A stretch of DNA of 55,690 nt from a virus (Duplodnaviria; Caudoviricetes): the IMG/VR virus record IMGVR_UViG_3300049259_000141, positions 1 to 55,690 of that record. The stretch is one strand, 5' to 3'. The notes under the pieces were generated by a model, which ran no database searches, was not told the origin of the DNA, and saw only the letters and a program-made list of their open reading frames with translations. Shown in pieces: positions 1-10,075 of this stretch. The first letter of the stretch is position 1. Every line of letters begins with the position of its first letter. The position numbers were made by a program, and so were the translations under genes.

Positions 1-66
1 GACGTTGAGCGGCTGCGTGCCGCTCAACGCCGGATCCTGGAATGGCGGATACGTGGGGGCTGTCAC
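1..66 (-). CDS. 5' part (codons 1-22) of the minor tail protein that continues at 55690 across the circular junction
   Basis: GTG at 66, one nt after the stop of 68..1255, reads MTAPTYPPFQDPALSGTQPLNV. The last 9 nt equal 55682-55690 and run in frame into the 54470..55636 ORF. Confidence 0.8.
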   Translation of the reverse strand, partial: MTAPTYPPFQDPALSGTQPLNV

Positions 67-67
67 A

Positions 68-1255
68 TCACACCGACGTGAATCGGCCGGACGGGGCGAC
101 CTTGGTGACCGTGAGGAACGTGGACGCCGTGTCCATGGTGTACGAACCAGTTCCGACCACGCGCTGAATCGAGGCGACAAACGTTTTCGTCACGGGCGCG
201 CCGGTCAGGTTCTGGAAAATGACCTCGGCCGTGTCGCCCACCGGATACGCGTCCAGGTTCCGGGGGATTATCTTTTCCAGCAGAATGGTGCCGGTCAGGT
301 TGGTGTCCCTGATCCGCATGTCGAAGTCGTTGCTCGGATTGGACACCTGCGCGTGCGCGGCGAACTTCAGAATGAAAGTCGAGTTCCGATCCAAGGTGAC
401 TGTGACGCTCAGCACCTGCGTTTCGGTGTTGGTGATCGCCGCCGACAGCGTGCTGCGGAACTGACCCGCGAGCACCTGGCCCGGCTCGACCACCCACGCG
501 GCACCGTCCCAGTAGTACGGGATATCGCCGACGTACACGCGCTGACCGGTCTGCGGGCTGGTGATGACGCTGGCCGCGTCCGCCGTCGAGCTGGCCAGAG
601 CGCCGCCAACCACGATCCACCCACCGGTGGCGGCCGAGAAGACTTCCAGCCACTTGCGGTCGATACGCCAGATGGCCATGCCGTCGTAGGGCGCGGTGGT
701 CAGCGCGCGGTCGGCCGCGTTGGCCACCGGCAGCACGATCCCCTGCGCCCCGGTGCGAGCGGCGATGGAGGACAGGGTCGGGTTGCTGCTGCCGGCCGGC
801 ACGCTGGCCTGAGAGAGCGGAATGAACGAGTTGGGGACCGCCGGCGGCGACGCGGTGCCCGAGACGCTGGTGCCCTGCACCACGGCCACGGTGGCCGAGT
901 TCAGGCCGGAGGAGTCGAGGAAGTTGTCCTTGATCTGCACGCCGATCAGGTCGATTCGGTTCAGCGTGCCCGAGCTGGCCGTCAACGTCACCGACGCGTT
1001 GGACGGGTTGCACCACTTGTAGTCGCCGACCGAGGCCGCCGAGTCGTTGGTGACCAGGCCGGCGCATGGGCCAACGGTGACGTTCCACGCCGACGGGTTC
1101 GACACGGCCGGCAGGCGGCCGACGAAGCAGCCTTCCCGGGCGGCGAAGGTCAGTGACTGGTGCGCCAGCGCGTCCGCCGTGAACTGGTGCAGCCGGTCGA
1201 GCGCCGCCGCGTAGGTGCCGCCCTGTGTGTATGCCGGTGGACTGGTCGCTACCAC
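68..1255 (-). CDS. minor tail protein
   Basis: 395 aa, directly downstream of the Dit-like gene. The 'RIDLIGVQIKD...VVQGT...PPAVPNSFIPLSQASVPAG' segment is typical of actinophage minor tail proteins. Confidence 0.75.
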   Translation of the reverse strand: MVATSPPAYTQGGTYAAALDRLHQFTADALAHQSLTFAAREGCFVGRLPAVSNPSAWNVTVGPCAGLVTNDSAASVGDYKWCNPSNASVTLTASSGTLNRIDLIGVQIKDNFLDSSGLNSATVAVVQGTSVSGTASPPAVPNSFIPLSQASVPAGSSNPTLSSIAARTGAQGIVLPVANAADRALTTAPYDGMAIWRIDRKWLEVFSAATGGWIVVGGALASSTADAASVITSPQTGQRVYVGDIPYYWDGAAWVVEPGQVLAGQFRSTLSAAITNTETQVLSVTVTLDRNSTFILKFAAHAQVSNPSNDFDMRIRDTNLTGTILLEKIIPRNLDAYPVGDTAEVIFQNLTGAPVTKTFVASIQRVVGTGSYTMDTASTFLTVTKVAPSGRFTSV

Positions 1256-1274
1256 AGCGGCCCCCTTTCATTGG

Positions 1275-2192
1275 TCACTTGAACGTGCTCCGCCAGTCGA
1301 GGCGCAGGCTCGCCGCCGGATCGTAGGCGGCGAGGCTGTCTGTCCATCGGATCGTGTTCACGCCCGGCGCGAGAGTGAATGGCCGACCGATCAGCCGAAT
1401 GTTACCGGGACTCACCGAGCCGGTGTTCGAGTCGATCACCACGGTCGATCCTGCGGCCACGGCCGCGTTCACCTGGAATGACTGGCCGGTGGTCACGTTG
1501 GTGACGGTCGGGAAGTTCACGGGGCCGGTGATGGTGAACACGGGATAGGCCGGTGAATCTCCCTGGTTGGTGGCCTGCATGACGCCACCGGGATTGGCCG
1601 ACGACCCGTAGGTGTAACTGTACGTCTTGTCATAGGTACGCCCGGTGATTAGGGCGGGGTTGACCAGGCCGACGCTGGCGTTCTCGCCGCCGCCCGACAG
1701 GTACTTCCACGGCGTAGCCGCTACCAGCGAGTAGGCGATTCCGATCGCCAGACCGCCAGGCACGCCGGACGGCACGGTCGTGGTGGCCAGCTTGCCGGTG
1801 GGCCGGGTGATCAGCGCGAGCGTCAGGCCGTAGCCGAAGTCGTACCACTCGAAGATCACCGGCTGCTTGGCCGCCAAAATCGTCCGCTGCGCCGCCACCT
1901 TCTGCCACAGCAGCTGCGGGGTGGGAGCGACGATTAGGGCTTTCACGTCCACCGTGCGGGGCCCGATCGACTGCGGCCCGATTAGTCCGCCGTCCCGGCC
2001 GCCTGCCTGGTCGATCGGCGTGACGAAGTCGAGGCCGTGCACACCCTCGGGGTCGGCGCAGATGGTGAACGTGCCGTCGGCGTGACGGGTGTTGTACACG
2101 AAGTCGACGGCGGACGCGGTGAAGAGCGGGCCGACGCGGTACTGCGCGGTCACCGCCGGCACCGGGAAGCTGGCCCAGGTGTTGGCTACCAC
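1275..2192 (-). CDS. distal tail protein (Dit-like) / minor tail protein
   Basis: Follows the tape measure gene, probable GTG start at 2192. 'NQGDSPAYPVFTITGPV...LAPGVNTIRW' resembles siphovirus Dit. Confidence 0.75.
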   Translation of the reverse strand: MVANTWASFPVPAVTAQYRVGPLFTASAVDFVYNTRHADGTFTICADPEGVHGLDFVTPIDQAGGRDGGLIGPQSIGPRTVDVKALIVAPTPQLLWQKVAAQRTILAAKQPVIFEWYDFGYGLTLALITRPTGKLATTTVPSGVPGGLAIGIAYSLVAATPWKYLSGGGENASVGLVNPALITGRTYDKTYSYTYGSSANPGGVMQATNQGDSPAYPVFTITGPVNFPTVTNVTTGQSFQVNAAVAAGSTVVIDSNTGSVSPGNIRLIGRPFTLAPGVNTIRWTDSLAAYDPAASLRLDWRSTFK

Positions 2193-2193
2193 G

Positions 2194-5100
2194 TCACACC
2201 CCCGAGACCGCGAGCAGGTTGGGGTTGATGCCGGCCTGCACGCCCAGTTGGCTGACACCGAGCAGGCTCGCGCCGCTGGACAACGCTGCCGCGCCGTTCT
2301 TCAGCACCGCATCGGCGAACTGGTTCACGTCCGTCCCCTGCTGCATGAGGTTGGTCTGGTTGACAGTGTAGTTGACACCGCCCGCCGGATTGGTGGTCAG
2401 ACTGTTCGCCGCCGCGCTGATCCCGTTCGCCACGGCTGTCGTGTTGACGGTGGGGTTCAGGATCGGCGACAGGCCGTCGAGGCCCGCCTGCGCCAGGTCG
2501 CCGGCGGCCGCACCCACCAGGCCGCGCGCGTCGCGCAGAGCGTTGGCCAGGCCGGCGGCCACGTCCTGACCGATCGAGTACGTCTCGCGGGACGGGCTGT
2601 GGCTGTTGAACCCCGAGGTGAAGCCCCCGAGGATGTCACCGACAAGGCCCTTCACCCATCCCAGGATGTTGCCTACGATGGACTTGAGTCCATTGAGTAG
2701 TCCATTTAGGGCGTCAACGCCGACCTGATACAGCTTGTTGCCCAGATTTCCGATCGCGTTGATGACGTTGCCCGGCAGGCTGCGCACAAAGCTGAGAACA
2801 TTAGCCACACCATTGTTGAATGCCGAAAGCGCTTGCGACCACACGTTCGCTCCCCATGAGATAATGAGGCCAACAAGCTGCTGCACTGCGGAAATGACGC
2901 GATTGGGAAGCGTCGCGGCGAACTGAATAACAGCCCCAACCCCGTTAAGAAATGCGATGTTGGCCTGAACCCAGACGCCAATTCCCCAGTTGTAGATGTC
3001 GATCGCGAGTGAGATAAGCGCGTCGATAATCTGTCCAGGAACCGTCGTGACGAAGGTGATAACCGCGTCGAATGCGGTCGTGAATCCGCTGATCAGGGTC
3101 AGGCCGAAGTTCACGCTGAACAAACCGATGTCCGTGATCAGGACGCCGACGGCGTTGACCACGTTCTGTGGCAGATCGATGAAGAATCGAAGGATCGCAC
3201 CAACGGCGAACCCGAAGTCGAATGCCAACTGCGAGATGAACGCGCCGGCTTGCGCGGGGATCGCAGCGATGAACGCCAGCACCTGCCCGGGGAGGGCGAT
3301 AAAGAAACTGATGATCGACAAGACTGCGGTACCGACGAACGTGACGACTGCGTTGAACCCATCGGCGAAGAACTGTCCGACAGCGCCAATGGCAGACGAC
3401 ACGGCAGAGCCAATGGCAGTTCCGATGCCGACGAAGAATGACACAACACCATTCCAGATGCCCTCGACGAAGGCGACCGCCACCCCGAATGCGTTCGCGA
3501 TCGTCGTGCCGAGGAACACGAAGAACTGGCCGATGGCGTCGAGGGCCGCGCCGACGGCAGCCTTGATCTTGTCGAAATTCAGGATGATCAGGATCACGGC
3601 AGTCACCACGGCGGCGACGATGGCGGCGACCAAACCCACCGTGCCGGCGGCGATCAGTGTGGTCACCACGGTCACGATCGGCACCAGGATGTTGAGCGCG
3701 CCGGCGAGCGCGATAGCCCCGAGCGCGATGTTCGCGAACAGCTCCGGGTGCGCGCCGATCGCCGTCAGCAGCCCCGACAGCAGCGGTGCCAGCACGTTGA
3801 TCGCCGACACCAGGTCATCCCCCAGGGCTTTGGCGAAGGCGGCGATGTCCGGGGCGTGGTCGGCCAGGATCTGACCGAGCGACTGCAAGAGGGCCAGGAA
3901 CACCTGCCCGGCGCTGGCCGCGATCTGCTGCATGGCTTGCCCCAGCGCGGTGATTGCCGCCTGTCCCTGGGCGGTGGCCAGGAAGGCGCGCAGGGCGTTC
4001 GTCAGGTCGAACAGCAGGCCGAGGATGCCAGCGCCGCCGCCGAACGCTCCGAGCAGTGTGTTCAGGATGCTCAGCACGTTCGCGATGATGTGGCCGAGCT
4101 CTTCGAAGGCGGCCACGCCGAGGGTGATGAAGTTGCCCAGCGCGCCCGACTCGCGCGCGCGGGCGACGAAGTCGGCGACCTTCTGCGCGGCGGCTGCGGC
4201 CCCGCCGGTGACGTTGGCGAAGGCCTCGGCCCCGACGGTGCCGAGGTCGCGGAAGATCGACAGCACCGAGGGCAAGGCCTGCAAGAGGTTGGCGACGCCG
4301 GCCTGTGCCGCCCCGAAGGCGGTCGCCAGGTCGTTTTTGACGGTGGCGGCGGAGAAGAACGCCGTCACCTGCTGCGCACCCGAGTTCAGCACCGTGGCCA
4401 TGCCGGACAGGCCGGTGTTCAGGATGGGGAGCAGCTGGCTGCCGAGGGTGCGCACCGCGTTACCGAGGCCTTCGAACAGCTGCTGCTGCACGTCGAGCTT
4501 GAGTTGGTCGAGCTGCGGCTTGATACCGGCGATTGCCTGCGCCGTGTCGCGGGCGGACGGTGCCAGCTTGGCCAGGTCCTGGCCGAACTTGTCTGTACCA
4601 ATGTCCTTGATGGCCTGGCCGAAGCCGGACACGCCGATCTTGAGGGCGGCGATGGCGGTCACGCCGGCGAACACGACGCCAGGCAGCACGCCGAGCGCGC
4701 CGGACAAGTTGATCACTGACGTGGCCGCCTGCGCCGCGCCGACCACGATCGAGGACCACTTGGACACCGAGAACACCGAGGAGAAGAACCCCGAGGCGAA
4801 CCCGTTGAACGCGCCCTGAAGGCCTGAAAGCTTCGAACGCAGGCCGGTGGCGAAGGTCTCGAAGTCGGCTTCGGCAGTCTTCGGATCGACCTTCGGCTTG
4901 ATCGTTGACTCGCGACTGGCAATCTCTGCGGCGAGTTTGACCTTCGCGGCCAGTGCGCCGGCGTCGATGTCGAGCCCGATCTTGATCTTGCTTACTTCGG
5001 CCTTGGCCTTCTCGACCGCGATCTGCACCGACTCGACGAAGCCGTTGTCGTCGAGTTCGATCTTCACCTTGAGTGCCGGCACATCCGCCTGCGCCAGCGT

Positions 5101-5475
5101 CAGTGACTTGCGCACCTCTTCGGCCAGCTGCGCCTGATCGACGCCGGCGACGCCCAGTTCAACCCCGAACTTGACGTCGCCGGCAATCGCCTGCGCCTTC
5201 TTCACCTCGGCCTCAACGGCGGGAATGAACCCGTCGTCGTTCAGCTCGACGCTGATCTTCAGATTGCCGGCCGTGGCCTTGGCCGCCTTGATCGCGTCCT
5301 GCAACTTGCGGGCCAGCGACGCCGTGTCGACGCTCAGGGCAAGCTGTGAGGTGGCCGCCTCGCGCACGGCGGCTTCGACCTTGCTGCGGATCTCCTCGGC
5401 CAGCCCGGTGTCATCGGCCGTGATCTCGACGCCCAATTCGCCGATAATCTTGGCCAATTTAGCCACCTCCCCCAT
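2194..5475 (-). CDS. tape measure protein
   Basis: About 1090 aa, Ala/Gly-rich and helical, with periodic aromatic residues and a C-terminal 'SHSPSR' motif. Lies after the tail chaperones. True start may be TTG at 5457 (SD GGAGGT). Confidence 0.92.
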   Translation of the reverse strand: MGEVAKLAKIIGELGVEITADDTGLAEEIRSKVEAAVREAATSQLALSVDTASLARKLQDAIKAAKATAGNLKISVELNDDGFIPAVEAEVKKAQAIAGDVKFGVELGVAGVDQAQLAEEVRKSLTLAQADVPALKVKIELDDNGFVESVQIAVEKAKAEVSKIKIGLDIDAGALAAKVKLAAEIASRESTIKPKVDPKTAEADFETFATGLRSKLSGLQGAFNGFASGFFSSVFSVSKWSSIVVGAAQAATSVINLSGALGVLPGVVFAGVTAIAALKIGVSGFGQAIKDIGTDKFGQDLAKLAPSARDTAQAIAGIKPQLDQLKLDVQQQLFEGLGNAVRTLGSQLLPILNTGLSGMATVLNSGAQQVTAFFSAATVKNDLATAFGAAQAGVANLLQALPSVLSIFRDLGTVGAEAFANVTGGAAAAAQKVADFVARARESGALGNFITLGVAAFEELGHIIANVLSILNTLLGAFGGGAGILGLLFDLTNALRAFLATAQGQAAITALGQAMQQIAASAGQVFLALLQSLGQILADHAPDIAAFAKALGDDLVSAINVLAPLLSGLLTAIGAHPELFANIALGAIALAGALNILVPIVTVVTTLIAAGTVGLVAAIVAAVVTAVILIILNFDKIKAAVGAALDAIGQFFVFLGTTIANAFGVAVAFVEGIWNGVVSFFVGIGTAIGSAVSSAIGAVGQFFADGFNAVVTFVGTAVLSIISFFIALPGQVLAFIAAIPAQAGAFISQLAFDFGFAVGAILRFFIDLPQNVVNAVGVLITDIGLFSVNFGLTLISGFTTAFDAVITFVTTVPGQIIDALISLAIDIYNWGIGVWVQANIAFLNGVGAVIQFAATLPNRVISAVQQLVGLIISWGANVWSQALSAFNNGVANVLSFVRSLPGNVINAIGNLGNKLYQVGVDALNGLLNGLKSIVGNILGWVKGLVGDILGGFTSGFNSHSPSRETYSIGQDVAAGLANALRDARGLVGAAAGDLAQAGLDGLSPILNPTVNTTAVANGISAAANSLTTNPAGGVNYTVNQTNLMQQGTDVNQFADAVLKNGAAALSSGASLLGVSQLGVQAGINPNLLAVSGV

Positions 5476-5537
5476 GAGCTGCTAGGAGGAGCGACGGCAG
5501 CGTCTGGCCGGTCTGTCCGGACACCGCCGCCACCTCC

Positions 5538-5846
5538 TTACTGCTCCTCGGCCAGCTTGGCCCAATCGCCCATCTGCGCGATCTGCTCGGGTTCGAGTCC
5601 CCACGTTTCCCGGTCGGGCGCGATGGTGACGGCGTGCTGGTCGACCACCTGGCGTGCCTTCTTGAGAACTTCGTGTGGTGCTGCTGTCCACAGCGCGTAC
5701 ACCGCATCAAGCCACTGGGGCAGCGGGGTGTGCAAGTCGATACGATTGAGGAGCAGCTGGCCGCGAAGGTACGGCCCGAGCGTTCGGTCTTCGGTGAGCC
5801 CGAGTATCAGGATCACCTCACCGTAGGGCGGTCTGCCGCTTCCCCG
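5538..5846 (-). CDS. tail assembly chaperone, C-terminal extension read in the -1 frame
   Basis: Open -1 frame overlapping the 3' end of 5813..6397 and ending just before the tape measure gene, as in the lambda G/GT arrangement. Confidence 0.65.
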   Translation of the reverse strand, partial: RGSGRPPYGEVILILGLTEDRTLGPYLRGQLLLNRIDLHTPLPQWLDAVYALWTAAPHEVLKKARQVVDQHAVTIAPDRETWGLEPEQIAQMGDWAKLAEEQ

Positions 5847-6397
5847 ATCAGCCACTGCCACAGCTTCATGATCGTCTTGGCTTCGACGACCAGATCGTTG
5901 TCGCCGTCCATCAGCTCGACCCAACGACGGCGGCTGCTGCCGGCGGCGAAGTCGGTGTACTTCTCGGCGTCGGTGAACGGGTGCACGGTGCCGTCGGGGG
6001 CGAGGAACTGCGGCGCTTCGTTCTCTTCGTCGAGGCCACCCACGATGGCGTGCACCGGCTCATCGTCGCTCGCGATCTCGTCCGCGAAAGACGGCCACAC
6101 GGCCAGCTCGTTGACGGTCACGTGCGCCTCGCGCGGCAGGGGCTGCGGCGACCACTCCAGTGGCGTGCCGTCGCTGTCGTCGAGCATGGTCCGGATGGTG
6201 TTTTTCACCAGGGTCAGCGATTCGACGGCCGTCCGGTCGTTCGAGGCGAGCTTGTTGATCCGCGCGATGGCGAACGTGTCGACCATCGGATACGCGAGGA
6301 AGCTGTGCGGAACTGGCGTGTTGCCGTCCCAGAAATCGATCTCGAAATCGACCTTCTTGGAGCCGGTCGGCCGGTCGGAGAACCTCTTACTTGCCAT
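5813..6397 (-). CDS. tail assembly chaperone
   Basis: 194 aa acidic protein upstream of the tape measure gene, ending ...GEAADRPTVR. Confidence 0.7.
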   Translation of the reverse strand: MASKRFSDRPTGSKKVDFEIDFWDGNTPVPHSFLAYPMVDTFAIARINKLASNDRTAVESLTLVKNTIRTMLDDSDGTPLEWSPQPLPREAHVTVNELAVWPSFADEIASDDEPVHAIVGGLDEENEAPQFLAPDGTVHPFTDAEKYTDFAAGSSRRRWVELMDGDNDLVVEAKTIMKLWQWLIGEAADRPTVR

Positions 6398-6420
6398 TGT
6401 TTCGTCCCCTTTTCAGTGGT

Positions 6421-6819
6421 TCACCCGGCAGCATAGATCATGGCGCGGTCAATAAAGTAGGTTGGCTGCGTGCCGGGGTGTTGGACGCGCTTCGCGAACA
6501 CGATCTGTCCGCTGCTCGTCACGAAGCGCAGGTACTTTTTGTTGCGCGCGGCAATCTCGTGTGCCCGGGTGCCGTAGTTCACGTACTGCGTGTAGTCGAT
6601 CTTCTTGGATCCGACCAGCACCGTCACCGAGCCTCGAACGTACGAACGCTGCTTGCGGATCGTCGACAGCAGATAGCCCGTGCGGACCGGCACGTAGGCG
6701 CGCATCACCGTCTGCACGCGGGTGGCCCGTCGGTCGAGGTCCGCCATGATGGGGCCGTTCTTCGACCGCACGTAGGCGGAGACGGCCGGCCCGTCGATTG
6801 TCAGCCTGGTCAGTTTCAC
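6421..6819 (-). CDS. HK97 gp10-like neck/tail completion protein
   Basis: 'VPVRTGYLLSTI...YTQYVNYGTRAHEI...VQHPGTQPTYFIDRA' pattern and position. Confidence 0.7.
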   Translation of the reverse strand: MKLTRLTIDGPAVSAYVRSKNGPIMADLDRRATRVQTVMRAYVPVRTGYLLSTIRKQRSYVRGSVTVLVGSKKIDYTQYVNYGTRAHEIAARNKKYLRFVTSSGQIVFAKRVQHPGTQPTYFIDRAMIYAAG

Positions 6820-6820
6820 G

Positions 6821-7360
6821 TCACACCAGCGCGGCCGTGACGACCACCTGGCCCTCGACGCCGATCAGGCCACCCTGTGGGCCTACGGGGATGATCGCGC
6901 CGACGCCGGCGGTGAGGATGCCCATGGGGCCGTCCGGGGACACGGCGCGTGTCGCCCACTCGAACAGGGCCTGCGAGACCAGGCCGGCGTCCCGCATGGT
7001 CTGCAACCCGACCGCTGTGATCATCTCCTGCGTGGGGGGCTTCATGTTCGGGCCCGACCCGGTGGGCGTGGCCGCGCACCGGATCACCTGCACAGTGAGC
7101 GCGACGTGCCGTAGCGCGGTCGCCTTCAGCATGCCCGGCGTGGTCGGCGTCTGCGCCGGCACGTCGATGTCGATGCCGGTCAGCGACACGGTGAACTGGT
7201 CGCAGTCCCAGGCCACAAGCCGGATGTCGCCGCCGCTGATCACCTGCCGGGCCGGCAGCGGCTCAGTGTCGGTGGCCACGCTGTAGGCCTGCTGCACGTA
7301 GTCGAACAGGGACTGCGCGAGCTGCTTCGTGTTCAGCCCCTGGCCGGTCGGCGCGGTCAC
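6821..7360 (-). CDS. tail terminator / head-tail connector protein
   Basis: 179 aa in the neck block, with 'AWDCDQFTVS...QVIRC...GPQGG' motifs typical of actinophage connectors. Confidence 0.6.
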   Translation of the reverse strand: MTAPTGQGLNTKQLAQSLFDYVQQAYSVATDTEPLPARQVISGGDIRLVAWDCDQFTVSLTGIDIDVPAQTPTTPGMLKATALRHVALTVQVIRCAATPTGSGPNMKPPTQEMITAVGLQTMRDAGLVSQALFEWATRAVSPDGPMGILTAGVGAIIPVGPQGGLIGVEGQVVVTAALV

Positions 7361-7608
7361 CGGTCACTCAACTTGGCCAGAGCCTCGGCGAGATCGCTCG
7401 CCTTCTTGCGCGTGGGCGGCTTCTTGGCCACGGTCTTCTTGGGCGCAGGCGGCACGCTCACCGCCTCGACCGGCACGTCGGGCGGCTGCTGTACCGGCGG
7501 CGTCGGCGCGTCCACCACGACGCCACCAGGGGCCAGGAACACAGGGGCCCGCCAGTTGTGCGGGTGCTGCGCGCTGTCGTACGGAGCCTTCGGATCGATG
7601 TGCGTCAC
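7357..7608 (-). CDS. hypothetical Pro/Lys-rich protein
   Basis: 83 aa ORF with a GGGGA SD and 4-nt overlap with the next gene. Confidence 0.6.
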   Translation of the reverse strand: MTHIDPKAPYDSAQHPHNWRAPVFLAPGGVVVDAPTPPVQQPPDVPVEAVSVPPAPKKTVAKKPPTRKKASDLAEALAKLSDR

Positions 7609-7617
7609 GGTCGTCCC

Positions 7618-8406
7618 CTACCGTTGCGTCACCGGGAGATCCGGTGACCAGATCTGCGCCCGCTGCTTGCGGGACTCAGGATTGATCGCCGACAGCCAGA
7701 GATCGACCGAGATCAGGCCGGTACGGCCCTTGTCGAGGAACTGCTGCGGGTCGATCACCGTCATGGTGATGCCTTCGCGGCTCACCGAGGTGGTGCGGTT
7801 GGGCAGCTGGCAGTTGTCCAGACCGTACATGTCCTTGGCGAACTCGGTCCCCAGCGCCACGCACGCCTCGACACCGCCCATCGGCGGCGGCGTGCCGTAC
7901 TGGTAGACGATCACCGTCTCGTCACCGCACACCGGCCAGCCGTGGCCGTCGGTGCGCCGCAGCCAGTTGTCCCGGGTCAGCTCGAAGTCGGCGAAAGCGT
8001 TGCCGCCGATGGTGACCGAGACTATCGACGTCACCTCGGATCGGGGCAGCTTGATGGCGAACGGCCGGGCGATGTGCGAGCCGCCCCATCCGAGCGGCGG
8101 GTACAGCCAAGAGCCGGACCAGCTGCCGAACAGCCAGCACTCGCAGAAGCCCCAGGTCCGCGAGTACGGCCACGTGCCACGGCCGGCGGTCTGGCCGGTC
8201 GACCGCAAGGTGACGGTCTCCTCGCAGCCCACACCGAGCCAGCGTCGGCCGGTGAGCATCCACAGGATCTCTGACGCCAGCTGCAAGGGGCGCAGCCACT
8301 GATCATCATCGGTGATCCCGGTGTCCTCCTTGACCTTGTCCGGGACGTCACCAGGGGTAGCCCACGGCCCGCACAGGACCGCGCTGGTCGGTGCTGGCGT
8401 GGCCAT
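7618..8406 (-). CDS. head-to-tail adaptor
   Basis: 'ASEILWMLTGRRW...CQLPNRTTSVSREGITM...GRTGLISVDLWLSAINP' matches actinophage adaptor proteins. Confidence 0.8.
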   Translation of the reverse strand: MATPAPTSAVLCGPWATPGDVPDKVKEDTGITDDDQWLRPLQLASEILWMLTGRRWLGVGCEETVTLRSTGQTAGRGTWPYSRTWGFCECWLFGSWSGSWLYPPLGWGGSHIARPFAIKLPRSEVTSIVSVTIGGNAFADFELTRDNWLRRTDGHGWPVCGDETVIVYQYGTPPPMGGVEACVALGTEFAKDMYGLDNCQLPNRTTSVSREGITMTVIDPQQFLDKGRTGLISVDLWLSAINPESRKQRAQIWSPDLPVTQR

Positions 8407-8463
8407 GGGCTACTCCCTGGTTCGGTCCGGCCGAGGGGACGTTTCGGCCAGTCTATGGCGAGA

Positions 8464-9120
8464 TCAGGCGACGACGACGAAGCCGGGCGTCAGCGTCGGC
8501 AGGGTCGCCTCGCGCTTGTACTGCCACACCCGCGAGCTGTCGCCCGACCACGCCGTGTTGGGGCCGGTGCCCCAGTTGGCGTTCTCGGACAGGGTGGCGT
8601 CGAACACCGGCAGAAGCGGGTTGCTCTCTTCGGCGGTGAACTCCGACGACAGGGTGACGGTGGCCCGGGGCAACACCCAGTGGAAATAAGGAAGGCTGGT
8701 CGCCGCCGCGCCATTGAGGATGGCCCGCGTCCAGAACTCGATGCTGACGCCGTTCGGCACCGGCGCGGCCCCAACAGCGGGGGCCTGGTAGCCGATGTCG
8801 GGCACCGGGGTTCCCGTTCCCTCGATGACGGTTCCGCCGAGGAGGAACTGCATCAGGTTGGGGTCCGGCGTGCACAGCGTCATATTCTTGAGTGTGCCGC
8901 CCTGGACCGTGGAAGGGGCCTGGAAGAACATGCAGACCGCGCCCGCGCCGTTGTTCTGGCTGACCGCGTTCGGCGTGTTCATCGAAAGGCCGACATCCAT
9001 CTTGACCAGGACATCGGATGTATAGCACACGTTCGCACCGGTCGGAACCGAGCCGTCCGCCGCGAGCTTACACACCCGCATCCCCAGTGCGAAAAGGGAA
9101 CCTGCACCGTCGTAAGCCAT
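8464..9120 (-). CDS. major tail protein
   Basis: 218 aa, 'MRVCKLAADG...CTPDPNL...GVSIEFWTRA...YFHWVLP...NANWGTGP', and position. Confidence 0.8.
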   Translation of the reverse strand: MAYDGAGSLFALGMRVCKLAADGSVPTGANVCYTSDVLVKMDVGLSMNTPNAVSQNNGAGAVCMFFQAPSTVQGGTLKNMTLCTPDPNLMQFLLGGTVIEGTGTPVPDIGYQAPAVGAAPVPNGVSIEFWTRAILNGAAATSLPYFHWVLPRATVTLSSEFTAEESNPLLPVFDATLSENANWGTGPNTAWSGDSSRVWQYKREATLPTLTPGFVVVA

Positions 9121-9147
9121 TTCACCTACTCTTTTCGCCGGCGGACA

Positions 9148-9996
9148 TCACGTGATGCTGCCCGGAAGGGTTGTGTTGATTGCGAAATGCACGCAGGGGT
9201 CGAAGGTGGCCGCCCCTGCCCGTTCGGCCGCCACGGTTCGCGTGTTGTCGGCGACCGTGTGGAACTCGAACGTGTCGATGTCCGACAGCCGCACCTGGAC
9301 GGGCGCGGTCGCGTACATCCACACCGAGGTGAGCGACGGGGCCTGACCGGCGGGACCGCTGCCGTCGTAGCCGGCGTCGCTGATCACCAGCGCGCCGCCG
9401 GGTGTATACCACTGCTGACCCTGCTTGACCAGGATCTGGCCGTACTGCGGCAGCAGCGCACGCGGAACGTGCAAGTGCACGTCCTGACCGAGGGCTGCGC
9501 GCGTCGCAGCCTCTTCGAGCAGACCGAGGGCCTCGACCGGATCCGGGGTCCCGGCAATCACGTTGGCATCAGCGCTGGCCAGATACGCGTTGATGATATT
9601 GGTGCCGCCGGTCGGGGTGTCGTAAGGATCATCCTGCGTCGCGGTGCCGAGCCACAGCTCGTTCGCGAGCAGGTAGGACGAAGCCGCCATCAGCTGGCGT
9701 CGAGCGCGCGCTTCGTCGTCTGCGGTCGAGTTGAACCGGTTGCGGCAAGTCGTCTCGACGTGCAAGCCGATCGGGCGGTAGTACACCAGGCCGCCATCGG
9801 TGCCGCCCTGGTCGGCCTGGTGCGTGTTGCCGCACACTTCCATGGTGCGTGCGGGGAAACACGTCTCAGGCCGCCACACCATGCCGTTGGCCCACCGGCT
9901 GTCGCCGTCGTTGGTGACGCCGACCGAGGCGACAAGGCCGCCCTTCGGCGCGGTAGCCGTCACCGGCGAGACGGTGGTGAACAGTGAGGTAGTCAC
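9148..9996 (-). CDS. second capsid protein (capsid pentamer-type / minor capsid)
   Basis: 282 aa directly after the ~600-aa capsid gene, ending 'NTRTVAAERAGAATFDPC'. Same two-gene layout as cluster-B-like actinophages. Confidence 0.65.
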   Translation of the reverse strand: MTTSLFTTVSPVTATAPKGGLVASVGVTNDGDSRWANGMVWRPETCFPARTMEVCGNTHQADQGGTDGGLVYYRPIGLHVETTCRNRFNSTADDEARARRQLMAASSYLLANELWLGTATQDDPYDTPTGGTNIINAYLASADANVIAGTPDPVEALGLLEEAATRAALGQDVHLHVPRALLPQYGQILVKQGQQWYTPGGALVISDAGYDGSGPAGQAPSLTSVWMYATAPVQVRLSDIDTFEFHTVADNTRTVAAERAGAATFDPCVHFAINTTLPGSIT

Positions 9997-10033
9997 GTCG
10001 TTTCCCTCCCTTCGGGATGTCGAACGGACCGGT

Positions 10034-10069
10034 GCCGGCCGCCCCGATCGTTACTCGGGGGCGGCCGGC
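10034..10069 (-). terminator. GC-rich hairpin between the two capsid genes
   Basis: GCCGGCCGCCCC...GGGGCGGCCGGC inverted repeat right after the major capsid stop. Confidence 0.6.
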
Positions 10070-10075
10070 GGCCGA

